A stretch of DNA of 64,000 bases from Octopus vulgaris. Taxonomy: Eukaryota. A model generated the notes under the pieces. The model did no database searches. It saw only the letters and a program-made list of their open reading frames with translations, and was not told the DNA's origin. Position numbers and translations under genes: made by a program. The stretch covers positions 57,722,001 through 57,786,000 of the forward strand of contig OX597815.1 of the NCBI GenBank assembly GCA_951406725.2. Reading direction: 5' to 3'. This document shows positions 11,171 through 23,828 of the stretch, piece by piece (within the stretch, counting starts at the first letter, position 1; every line of letters begins with the position of its first letter).

Positions 11171-11849
11171 AATTTTGAGAGAGGTGGGGGCATTGGAGGA
11201 GAGGAGCTTGTGTCAGATGATGAAAGGTTAGAGTGTGACAAAGAAATAGAGAGGCAGAAACAGGTGTCTTGCTACAGAAGAGGTACATAGTTACCTAGTG
11301 AGTGATGTAGGGAGAGAGATGTATAAGAAAGAGGATAGAAACAGATGTGCTTATGTAAAGGAAATATTTAGTTACGTAGCCAGGGGGAAAAGCAAGAGGA
11401 GTGAGAGAGTGGTCAAGAATGAAGGCAGAAACAGGTGTGGTGCTGTAGAGGGAAGAGCAAGGGAAAAAGAGAGAGAGTGGGAAACAGCAAAAGTGCAAGT
11501 GAGATGGTTGTGAAGTGCCAGGATATGCTCACAAGTAACAAGGATCAGAGCATAGATGTGATGGTAGAGTAAGGAGGAGAGAGATGAATGGTAGCAATTA
11601 CCAGGGCATACCCTCAAAATACAGAGGCCATAATATACGCACTCAAGTATTGCCAAGAAGGTGCAAGTAGGAAGTGGGGATTGCAATGATTGGTGAAAAC
11701 CTAGGTGTAAGGATGGAATGGGAGACAATCATAGTTTATGAAGAGGAAATGTGAGGAAGAGAAAGATGCAGTTCAAAAAAGGAGTAGTTTGGTTTCTTGG
11801 GGTCAGGTGTGTGAAAAGTTTGTTACATTTAGGTGGGACACAATGCTTT

Positions 11850-12470
11850 GAGCACTCAATCTCACTGACATCGGTAGGTCTCCTCTAGAACCTCATATCG
11901 CCAAACATTTCAGTCCACTGTCACTTCCTCCATGAGCCCTAACATCCTGAGATTGGTCCTCACCACTTCTTCCCACGTCTTCCTGGATCTTCCTCTTCCA
12001 CAGGTACCATCCACTTTCAGTGGCAAGCACTTCTGTATACTGCTGTCTTTACTCATACGCATCACATGTCCAGACCAAAGCAGTCTTCTCTTCTGTATGC
12101 CACATTTAATCTCTCTTATGCCTAACTTTTCTCTCAACACAGTTGAGCTTTGTTCTTCATGCACACTGATGTTGCAAATCCAATGGAGCGTACAGCCTTC
12201 ATTCCTCTCCAGTCTACGCATGTCCTCCACTTTTAGAGCTGATGTCTCACTACTATGGAGTATAGCCATTTGTACACAAGCATCATTTAATCTACTTTTC
12301 ACTCTAAGAGAGAGTCTTTTGTTGCCAGTAGAGGTACTAACTCTTTGAACTTCCTCCATCCTATTCTTATTCTAGAAACAATACTTTCAGAGCATCCACA
12401 ACTATTACTAATTTGGTCATCTAAGTAGCAGAAACTACTACCTTAAGAGAGCTCTCTGGGCAATTAAGAA
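11850..12470 (-). mobile_element. RTE LINE ORF C-terminal fragment
   Basis: LSLRVKSRLNDACV...RRLLWSGHVMRM...GRGRSRKTW. Confidence 0.85.
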
Positions 12471-12616
12471 AGTCTATGTGCTCTTAAACCATTTTTGTTA
12501 ATCAATCATACACAACCTAATAAAAGTAATATACTACCCTATTAAAGTACATATAAAAAATATTTTAGTTTGGCCATTAGAACCAAATTTATATTAACTT
12601 ATTATTTTTCTTTCAG

Positions 12617-12674
12617 GTGAACCTCACATAGATGGAGATCCAGGGGATCTCAAATTTATTATAAAGCAAGCAAA
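12617..12674 (+). CDS. DNAJB11: DNAJB11 internal coding exon, 58 nt
   Basis: Acceptor tttttctttcag|GT and donor AA|gtaaga; encodes (G)EPHIDGDPGDLKFIIKQA(K), in phase with both neighbouring exons. Confidence 0.95.
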
Positions 12675-12919
12675 GTAAGAGATTATTTCTGATGTCTGTT
12701 TCAATCTATATGTTTGTTGTGTAGCTCTGAATGAGCAAATCTTTTGTATGTGGATAGTTAATCATTCCTCCAACTAGTTGAATACCATGTTGCACATTTT
12801 GACATATAGTAATTAATTGTTTTTTATGCAGTCTTGTAGATTGAGTGTGTTGTGCATTTAACCCCAAGGTAGCCCTGATCAAAGGTGTTCCAGACATGAA
12901 CAGTCTTGATATATTTATA

Positions 12920-12955
<36 letters not shown>

Positions 12956-12958
<3 letters not shown>

Positions 12959-13782
12959 GTGTGTTTAACTTCCCGGCACATCTCCTCCTAGCCAACAAAT
13001 CGTAGAACCACCTAAAATGGGTCACTTAAAGTTTAGGCGAATGAAAATTGAACTGTGCTATTTCTGTTCCGAAATTCATCTCGCAAGTGCAAAAATCGAT
13101 AATGTGTTTGTTTAGGCCTTACCCCATGCATTGAATAGTGAACTTTATTCAGTCAGCTGTTTGATGTGAACTGTGTTCACCACACGTGCAAGCATGCGTA
13201 AATTGCATGAAAAATAAAAAATCAAGATATAAAAACGAATCGCCGTAAACATTGTAGAAATTTGGCAAAGAAATTAATTTTCGGGATGTAGCCTGGAGGG
13301 TATTTTCGTATTAATCATTTGGACTTTGTGAACACATACCAATTGTTTTCATAATATTTTTAACGCTTTGAATTAAATGCGACCATTTTGCGTTGAGTCT
13401 GCAGTTTGAATCACTTTAACCAAATTTTAGCAGGCTGGATTTTTGATCATCACGATACATCGCCAGCGACTCCCTGAAATCCCTGTTGAGAAATACTGAT
13501 CTAAAAGAATAATTCAACAATGCAATTATTTGATCAACAAAAATTTATGAAACGCTTCTACGTACTTCCTATTGAGGAAATGGAAGACATAAGCGCAAAA
13601 ATAGAGGGCATTAAATGCTTGATTTTAAAACCAAAATAATTGAATTTTGATTGAACTTCATCCAAGTTTAGCTTAATTCGTGCGTGCATAGAACGCACGA
13701 GCGCACGTACGTACATTGTGTAAAAAGTATTGATTTTCCTCAGTGCGATTAATAGTCACACAAAGCCGGGCAATATTGCTAG
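12956..13782 (+). mobile_element. Non-autonomous Helitron
   Basis: Starts A|TC and ends ...GCCGGGCAATATTGCTAG|T inside (TA)n, with no TSD; subterminal hairpin GTGCGT/ACGCAC; a second copy lies inverted at 59305-60031. Confidence 0.8.
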
Positions 13783-14734
13783 TATATATATATATACACA
13801 GACACATACATATATAAGAACCCAAAAGAATAGAGAAATATACATTCTTTAATCAGCTTATGCACATTTCAGGTAGACTGACAAATACCAAGATTACCTG
13901 ATGCTGTAATTATGCATTTTAAGCAATCCCATATTTGATCGAGTCAGATTCTGCTGATAGAGAAATTCAACACTATTTCATCTTTATCAAAGCTGTACCA
14001 CACTGCTTGCAACAGAGAATATTTTAAGGGAGATAGTTGTAAAACTAACAATATTTGACCAGTATAAGGGGTAGAGTGGTGCTTCAGCAAACCAACTTAA
14101 GAATAGTATTTATCAGATCATGTCAGCATTCTAATATAGTACTTAGTTTTTACAGTCCTCTCCCTCATCTTCAAGAATATTTATAGCAAAATTTCTAACC
14201 CTTTTGGTCTATTACTGACCAATTCAAATACACAACAGAGCTATGCAGAACCATATTATTCAGTAGGTCCTAATGGAAATATCATTTGATCAGTACAAAT
14301 TCTAAATATAAACTATGAGGAGAAGAAAACTTGTGTTAATGAGAATTCTAAAGGAAAATAACCAAAATAATTGTTTTCCTTAAAATAATAAATATTAAAA
14401 ATGAAAATACTTGTAAAAAGATTAAAATAAATCAGATAAAAAATAAAGTTGAAAATATAAATTTTAAAAATTATAATTAAACAACTAATGGAATTTAAAA
14501 AAAATTAAAACAATGATAATATCAATAACAACTACAATAATAATGATGATGATTTCTTTTATTATATTAATGTCTCTACTAGCTGACCAAGAAAAGCAGA
14601 TCTAAAGAAAAGCAGATATTAGAGTACATTAATCAATACTACATTTATTTGAGAAGGTTTTAAAGGTTCTTTTAAGTAAATGTGTGCATCTTAACATAAA
14701 TTCATTTCTTTTATTTAATATTATAGATTTGGAT

Positions 14735-15187
14735 ACAAGGATATACAGTGTCTCCTCGAGACATAAGTTGCATTTTAGTTTTCCTTGATAATACACTAGT
14801 CCTTGTACTGAAGGAGTTGAATATTATGGATTATCATTGGGTAGATTTCATATCCAACCAACGTCTCTACTCAGAAACCGGGACATGTCCTGTCACTTGT
14901 ATGATTTGGGAGAACCAGTGCAGACTGTTTGGCCATGTTGCTTGATTTTCTGAGTTAGATGCTGCTTACCATGTTCTCTTCACCAAGGACCCAGCTGGGT
15001 TGATGGCTTGTATTGGTTGACAACATGCCATATGGTCATTGAAGATGAGCTGGTTTCTTGTGGAGACATGGATTGACTGGGACACTGCTTGATGGGTTGA
15101 CCAGGAGGACCTGGGAATATACCAACAACTGGTGAATGCAGTATCACACTGCAATGGTACATATCTCCACACCTGACCTGACCTGAT
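14735..15187 (+). mobile_element. Old non-LTR retrotransposon 3' fragment (RTE-like)
   Basis: LNIMDYHWVDFISNQRLY...RLFGHVA; ends in ACCTGACCTGACCTG short repeats. Confidence 0.65.
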
Positions 15188-15244
15188 AGAGTAGTGCATT
15201 ACAAACATTCCTCTTTTTGAGACTTGAGACAAATTTACTTAAAA

Positions 15245-15730
15245 AAGCCTCCTCCCCCAAAACTTCAGGCCTTATGCCAATACCAGAAAGAATTATTATT
15301 ATTGTTTAGGCAGAAAGTAGGCAGAATTGTTTGCACACTGGAAAAAATGCTTAGCAGCATTTTATGTCTTTATGTTCTAAGTTTAAATTCTGCTGAGGTC
15401 AACTTTGCTTTTTATCCTTTTGGGGTCAATAAAATAAATATCAGTTGATTACTGGGGTCAATTTAATTGACTCATCCCTTCCCCCAAATTTGCTGACATT
15501 GTGCCAAAATTCAAGACCATAAGAGGCAGCGAGCTGGCAGAATCATTAGCATGTTGGGTAAGAAATGCTTAACAGCATTTCATTTGTCTTTGTTCTGAGT
15601 TCAAATTCCACTGATACTGACTTAGCTTTCATCTTTTCAGGTTTGATAAAATAAGCACCAGTTAAGTACTATGATTGGTGTAATTGACTTACCCCTCCTC
15701 CAAAATTGCTGGCCTTGAAATCATTATTAT
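15245..15730 (+). mobile_element. Cluster of about three SINE copies (first family)
   Basis: Same unit as at 6610-7481, partly truncated. Confidence 0.75.
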
Positions 15731-16332
15731 TGATGTTATTAATATCATTTGCATTATTACAGTTGCAGCCATCTTTATTACTATTATTAAGTGGATAGGC
15801 TAAATCCATTTCAACAAACTCTCTAAATTTACTGTGTTGATAAAGATAGGATGATGTTAAATTTCTGTATCTCTGTAGAATCTTAGTCTATCAAATATAG
15901 GATTGATTAAAATGCATGATTACTGCATCAAAGAATTTTGGAATTTGCCAGTATATCTAAAAAATGCATAAGCTGATTAAAGAATGTATAATTGTTCATT
16001 CTTTTGTGTTTTTCTACTATACTCTGTGAATTTATACTAAATTTATTTGGTGTTTGAACTTCAGATTTACAAATTGGACAAGTAGCAGCAGAAAGTAATA
16101 GTATGGCATACATGGATTACATTGGCTTTCACTGGACAATTTACTTAATCAAGTTTGATCCCTACAGAGTACTTATAAATTGTTTACTTGGATTTTTAAT
16201 CTCATTTCTTCCTCTATGTGTGTGTATGTGTATATGTGTGTGTGTATGTATGTATATAGTTGTATTTAGGAGGGTTATTTCAATTGTTCAATATTACTTC
16301 TTTGTTTAATATACTGGTTACAGAATTGATTA

Positions 16333-16544
16333 GTTGTTTGTTTGTCAAAGACTTCATTGCCATATACCTCACCAGTGACATGTTTTCTCTCTTCAAGAGA
16401 GTCTGTCTGAGAAGAGTCTGTCTTGAGTCTGTCTGAGAAGTAGTCTTATACTTGTGGATAATTCTCAGAGAGACCTAGAAGTGAGAGGGCATGTCATTGA
16501 TGAGATTGCAAATAGTGGCAAAAGGAGTTTGACAAACAAATAAC
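16333..16544. repeat. Imperfect foldback, MITE-like
   Basis: Left arm GTTGTTTGTTTGTCAAAG...TTGCCA...CAGTGACATG...CTCTTC is complementary to right arm GAAGTGAGAGGGCATGTCATTG...TGGCAA...TTTGACAAACAAATAAC. Confidence 0.65.
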
Positions 16545-16609
16545 AAGGTTTGTCACAACTCATGAATTCACATGAAGAGTCTTGCAAACCAAATACAAAA
16601 ATGAAGTAT

Positions 16610-16962
16610 ATAGGTGGCTGTGTGGTAAGATGTTTGTTTCCCAACTACATGGTTCCAGACTCAGTCCCACTGTGTAGCACCTTGGGCAAGCATCTTCGAC
16701 CAAAGCCTTGTGGGTGGATTTAGTAAACAGGAACTGTCATGTGTGTGCTTGAATCTGTGTCTCTCCCCACCATCACTTGACAACCAATGTTGATTTGTTT
16801 ATGCCCCTATAATTTAGCAGTTCGACAAAAGGGACCTAGAGAATAAGTACCAGGCTTAAAAAAAAAATTACTGGGGTTGACTCATTTGATTAAAATTCAT
16901 CAAGACAGTGCCCAATATTGGCCACATTCTAATGCTTGAAACAAGTAAAAGATAAAAGATAA
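16610..16962 (+). mobile_element. tRNA-derived SINE (second family, CORE-like CCTTGGGCAAG)
   Basis: Homologous to 9070-9400; tail GAAACAAGTAAAAGATAAAAGAT. Confidence 0.75.
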
Positions 16963-17562
16963 ATATATATATTCGTCATCATCATTTAACATCCATGTTC
17001 CATGTTGACACAGGTTGGATAATTTGACAGGATCTGATGGGTCCAAGGATTGCATCATTCTCTGGTGCCTACTTTGGTATGTTTCTGCACTTTACAGAGT
17101 GTACTGAGTGCTTTTTTTTTCCACCAGCACTAGTGAGATCAGCATGTTTCTTGCCAGACTATGTTTTATCACAGGAGATGAGTGTTTAAAGAGGAGGGGA
17201 CAGAACAAGTTCTTGTGTAGGGGAGCTATATGGACTCACATTTAGAGGAGTGAATGAAAACAATCAAATGGAGCTGCAAAGAGATAAGTAATACTAATAA
17301 GGTGACCTGGTGGCCCATTAAGGCAGGAGGTAAGTAGAAACAAGTGAGGACAAGTGAGTGAAGATTTGCAAGAGATGGGGAGAATAGAGAAAGGGAGGCA
17401 GACAACAACTATAAAGATTAAGTAGGGTGAGGTGGATAAGTAGTGAGGGATGACTAATAATGCATGAGTTGGAGAAGGTAGAAGAATGTAGGAGAGAACA
17501 TCACTAGAATGGACCAAATAGTGAAGCCCATGGGGTTGACGTCAGAGCTGGAGGTGGAGATC

Positions 17563-18511
17563 ACACATTCTTGTCCCAGAACCCTCTGAAATTACTCCTG
17601 CACTACTGCTGTGTCATATTGAACATACGAGAAGGAGCGCCATCTTGCATGTGCACATAGTTATATACAAATGCTTCAGTCACCCATGGCAAAACATTAT
17701 CCTCCAACATTTTCATGTAAATTGCCAAATTGATCTTTGTCCCCTCTTTAATGAATTCCAGTGGTGATTTTCCACTATTAGATGACACTGCTGCCCAAAC
17801 CATCTCTCTGGTGGGTTTCATTAGGTGAAACACTTAATGGGCACCTTTGAGAACAGCATCTGACCTCATGGCCAAAATCCTGTCATTCTGAGTGTTTGCT
17901 ACAGCCTTCACAATGAATATCTTTTTGTCCAACCAGATGAGGACATTACTAGTGCTCTGAATCTGTCATTTTCTTGCACTTGTCCAATTGTTTTGCTTTG
18001 GAAATGGCTGAAATTAGGTGTCAACATTGCAATTTTAATGACTTACAATTTAAGTCTTCATGCACAATCCGTTGCATGGTTGTTTGGGAGGTATTAAGAC
18101 TTTTAGCCAGGTGCCCCTTGCTCTGCCATGGATTTTGTGACACTTTCCTTTGAACAACATCCACCACTTGTTTCATCCTTACAAATCATTTTTGACCAAG
18201 AATTGGCTTGCTGTCCATTGAAGCTGTCTCACTGTAACATTTCATGATATTATAGACTGTTTTGAGATGAACACCAACCCTTGAAGCCATGTCTTTGATG
18301 CTATGTCCTGCTTTTTTTCTGAGCTACAATCTCACTTTGCCTTTATCAGTCATATTGAAACATTTTACTCATCAAATGTAAAGAAACAGTGGAGTGTACA
18401 TGAACAATTGAATGTTGAGCAGTGCATTTCAATTATTTATGTGTAATTTCAAACTAAATTTAATAAAATAAACTTATTTAAATAATTGGGATTTCTTTAC
18501 AGCACACTCTG
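17563..18511 (-). mobile_element. Degenerate Tc1/mariner-superfamily transposon (maT/DD37D-like)
   Basis: MVWAAVSSNSGKSPLEFIKEGTKIN...Y...L...VLPW...MQDGAPS; terminus CACACTCTG|TA. Confidence 0.7.
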
Positions 18512-18530
18512 TATAGGCATTGGGGGAGAG

Positions 18531-20211
18531 GGTATCCGGTTAATTTGTCACGGCAATTTGTCCCCAATCAATTCATCATTGGTCAATTTGTCCCCAGGTC
18601 AATTCACTGTCAGTCGATTTGTCGAGATCATAAGAAAAATGGAAGAACATATATCTGAATAAAAAAACGTTTATTTTAATATTTATTTTTTCTTAAAATT
18701 TAAGATTGTGTACAATTACTTTTAGAAAAATAATTTTTTTGGTTTGGTTCATATTTTTCCATGAAATTTTTTATATGTAGGTTCATATCTGTGTATTTTT
18801 TCTTTTAGCTTGGTTCTTCTTGCATAAACTTGTGCAATTTGGTACTAGCAAACCTTTCCTCACATTTAATCACATCAATAAATTTCCAAATATTTGAATG
18901 ACTAATATTCACTGTGTTTTTCAGCATGCTGTAGTAGGCTTCTAAACTATTTGTAGTATGAGCAACCCCCATCATACATCGATCTCAAACATTCCATATA
19001 GGTAATGGAAATGGAAGTTCAAGGTGTTGCCTCCTCTGTCCTCTTCCTCTCGATGATTCTATATAATTATTTTCAAAATAGGATGCAATTGACTGAGGAA
19101 TATCATCATCATCATCTACAAGTTGTTCATATCCCTCTACACCATCATATGGCGGGAAGGCAAGGGCAACAAAACACCACATTTTTAGACTAAAACTGTC
19201 ATCATCATGATATCTGCATTTTAGTCCTTCTTGCACAGACATGCTTGTACATATTTTGTCCTAAATGAAACAAGCAACATGACAAATTTGACCCAGGAAA
19301 TGATTCCAGATATCCGTTATGGGCTGCTTTTTCAAAATCCATAATTATATCATCAGGTCCCTCATTCTGTAGTAATTCATTTATTTTGGCAAAACATCTA
19401 CTATATGTGTATTAGTATCCATTTTGAATCTTTCCTCCTGTTGTCATACTGTAAATATGTTGCATCATTGTCAAGGTACGAATATTTACTTGGAATGGAA
19501 AACGCAACATTTGTAAGAGGGATGGCAGGATAGTTGGAATCAGCCTGCCTCCAACATCTAATATTCCTATTAAGCTGTACAAACAGAGTTATTTGTGACA
19601 ATGTACAGTCATTTAAATTCTGGACTTCACTAGTAATAATTGCGCAAGGGATATTGCAAGATGAAATAGACTTTCCTTTGATATTTGAAACTGTTATCCT
19701 TGCATTTACCTCTGCAGCAGTTGAAGCATGATTATGCTTCCCAATCTTCTTAAGCTCTTTCATCTGTGTGAAGTCTCACCTTGCACACATGATTTTCACA
19801 CCTCCAGTATATCTTCATCCATCTGCATTCTGCTTATTTTTTGTTTATATATAATTTTCTTGATTGACCCCTTTGATTTTTCCTTTCTCTTCTCTTAAGT
19901 TATGATCTTGCAGGTAGTCATGTTGATGGGTAAGCGTATTGAATGAAGTTAATTTGATTTGCTTGAAAATCTTTGTTCACGAACTGTTCAGTACAGATAC
20001 TTAAGAGAGAAAGAGGTAGTGGGGGGGGGGGGTTTAAAGAAAGTAAAAAATATCTAAAACTGTCTGACAATTTTAATTCTAATATGATTGTTCTAAACTT
20101 TCCCTAGAAAATCACATTTGAGAGTATTTGGGGATGAATTGGCCAGCGATGAATTGATCAACGACAAATTAACTGATGATGAAATAACCAGGAACAAATT
20201 GTCCTAACACC
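18531..20211 (-). mobile_element. Degenerate Mutator-like (MULE) DNA transposon
   Basis: Termini GGTATC.../...AACACC with subterminal arrays of short repeats (CAATTTGTC / GACAAATT, GATGAATTG); internal MULE transposase remnants (DFEKAA, CCLFHLGQ, ALAFPP, YFENNYI, PIWNV, TTNSLE); imperfect 9-bp G-rich flanks. Confidence 0.75.
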
Positions 20212-20549
20212 GGGGGGATGAAAGTTATCAATACAAAGTAATGAAGTGCTAGGGTGGCAAGAGATAAAGAATAAAACAAAGAATATGCAATTAGGCATGA
20301 TTGCTAAGATAAATATACTTAAAAAGTCAAACTTACAAATGCTGTGAGTTCTTAAACATAGACATGAATGGTGTATATATAAAACCATTTGAAAAACAAA
20401 AAATATAGTCAATATATACATATGTGAATAATAGAATGGCAACTATACACACATAGATAAAACATACAAAGAATATAGATTAAAGCCTTTGTGACGGTGC
20501 CCCAACATGACCACTGTCCAAAGAGTGAAACAAGTAAAAGATAATATAT

Positions 20550-21345
20550 ATCATCATCATTTAATGTCCGCTTTCCATTCTAGCATGGGCTGGACGATTT
20601 GACTGGTGAATCAGATGGCTGCACCAGGCTCCAATCTGATCTGGAAGAGTTTCTACAGCTGGATGCCCTTCCTAATGCCAACTACTCTGAGAGTGTAGTG
20701 GGTACTTTTACGTGCCACTGGCAAGTGGGCCAGTCAGGTGGTACTGGCAATGGTCACGCTCAAAAGGTGTTTTTTACATGCTACCTGCACAGGAGCCAGT
20801 CCAGCGGCACTGGCAACGACCTCACTTTTTTAATGTGCCAGTAAGGCGACGTCCGTAGCGATCACTCTCGAATGTTGCTTTTTACATGCTACCAGGATGA
20901 AAGCCAGTCAGCTGCTCTGGCAATGATCATGTTCAGATGGTGCTCTTAGCAGTCCACTAGCACAGATTCCAGTCATTGAATTTGATTTCGATTTCGATTG
21001 CCTCAACAGGTGTTCACAAGCAGTTTAGTGTCCAGTGAAGGAAAGGTACGCATAAGTGGGCTGGTTACACCCCTGGCATAGGCCACAGGTTATGGTCTCA
21101 CTTGGCTTGCTGGGTCTTCTCAAGCACAGCATATTTCCAAAGGTCTTGGTCACTAGTCATTGCCTCGGTGAGGCCTAATGTTTGAAGGTCATGCTTCACC
21201 ACCTCATCCCAGGTCTTTCTGCGTCTACCTCTTCCACAGGTTCCCTCAACCACTAGGGTGTGGCACTTTTTCACATAGCTATCCTCATCCATTCTCACCA
21301 CATGGACATACCAGCGCAGTCATCTCTCCTGCACACCACATCTCT
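20550..21345 (-). mobile_element. RTE LINE 3' end
   Basis: MDEDSYVKKCHTLVVEGTCGRGRRRKTWDEVVKHDL, plus 3' UTR and (CAT)n tail. Confidence 0.88.
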
Positions 21346-21444
21346 GGTGAGCTAGAGAGATGTACCAGGCTCCACTGTATGCAGCTGGGTGTCCTTTCTA
21401 AGGCCAACCACATTACAAATGTACTGGGTGCTTTTTACATTTGG

Positions 21445-21785
21445 GATCATAAGAACTTTCCTCTCCTTGTGAATTTTGTTCTTATGTGTAGTGGCCTTTC
21501 TCTATGGGACATTCTTGTAACATACGGCTTGCATTATGGGCATGAATTCTTTGAATTTCATGTCAGTATCAGGCGTAGAGAGACATCGAGGCCTATCCTG
21601 TTTGATAATCGCTTTCTGAATAGATTTCCAGTCTGTTTTATGGAAGTTCAGAGTGAATAGATTTTGGGTGCTTCTCATAGGCTGCATGTCTGCTGGTTCC
21701 TTTGGCCCATACATGGTCAGCTTCATTATATTGTGATGGAGACTAGCGTTGGTATCACTTTCACATTATGAAAAAGAGCCATTGT
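21445..21785 (-). mobile_element. CR1-type LINE ORF2 fragment (endonuclease-RT linker)
   Basis: HNVKVIPTL...LNFHKTDWKSI...FMPIMQAVCYKNVP. Confidence 0.6.
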
Positions 21786-21975
21786 TTGTATATCGTTTGC
21801 CTTGTTTAATGGTGGTCTTGTATGTTGATGGGCATGGCTCTGACCCTGGAACAGATATAGCCTGGTCAGTTGCTATAGTCTTTTGTGCCGTGCATAGAAA
21901 AAAGATTGTTGCTTAAGGTACAGTCCTTATATGATATACACATGTAAAATGTATAGAAATGGAAATATAGAGACG

Positions 21976-22021
21976 TGTCACTGAAGAGATTGCAACAATG
22001 TGATGAAATAATTATTTGACA
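21976..22021 (+). ncRNA. Candidate minimal type I hammerhead ribozyme
   Basis: Stem I UGUCA/UGACA; core CUGAAGA(G); stem II AUUGCA-ACAA-UGUGAU; GAA; palindromic stem III AUAAUUAU; cleavage triplet AUU. Confidence 0.65.
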
Positions 22022-22464
22022 AAAACAGAAATGACAACACTAACAATACTGAACATTTGAATGATTAACTATTTGTTGAAAGTGCTTAACATATGAGTTT
22101 GAAAAATTAGTAAAAACCAGCTAATTGATAAATTGGTTAACAGAGTAACTAACAATAATGGTAAAGGACTGAACCAGAGCATGTGTTTATTATTACTGGC
22201 ATAATGCCCCTCCCAAGGTTCAATAGTATATATATATATACATAAGTGTGTGTGTCTGTTTTTATATGTTTTTTGTTTTTATTTGTTTCAGTCATTTGAC
22301 TGTGGCCATGCTGCAGCACCACCTGTTTGTATATATGTATATATATGTATGTATTTATATATATATATATATATGTGTTTGTGTATATGTGTGTATGTAT
22401 ATATATATGTATGTATATATGTATATATATATATATATAGTTGAAACACTCTTGTCACAACCTG

Positions 22465-22506
22465 GGACCTTGAAGACTGCTATAATGCAAGAAAGTATAC
22501 TAGTCC
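22465..22506 (+). ncRNA. Candidate degenerate minimal hammerhead ribozyme
   Basis: Stem I GGAC/GUCC; core C-UUGAAGA; stem II UGC-UAUAAU-GCA; GAA; palindromic stem III AGUAUACU; cleavage triplet CUA. Confidence 0.5.
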
Positions 22507-22899
22507 ATTAATATTTTATATTCAATATTTCATCTATTCAATAAGACAATCAATACTTCATTTCATTTTACTATATATATAGTATTTATACTATATATTC
22601 TATATTCTACATTAATATTATAAAGAATATAAATAAAACATAAAAAACAGAATTGAAATTTCTTTGAATAATATTTATGTATGTATATATATATATATAT
22701 ATATGTATGTTTGTATATTATATTATATTTTTATCATTCATTATACTTTTTGAGATCTAGTTATAAGTTATATATTTTAAAAATTATATATCATATAAAA
22801 AAAATTATATATATATATACTGGCTGTTTATGTATTGGTTTATGTCTATCACTATTTGAGTTGCATAATATTGGTTTTATCTCTAATTTATATTTTATG

Positions 22900-23828
<929 letters not shown>

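Noticed and set aside
15970-16005. CTGATTAA followed by an AGAATG/CATTCT stem, hammerhead-like
   Set aside because: No GAAA or stem III after the stem in either copy of this repeat.
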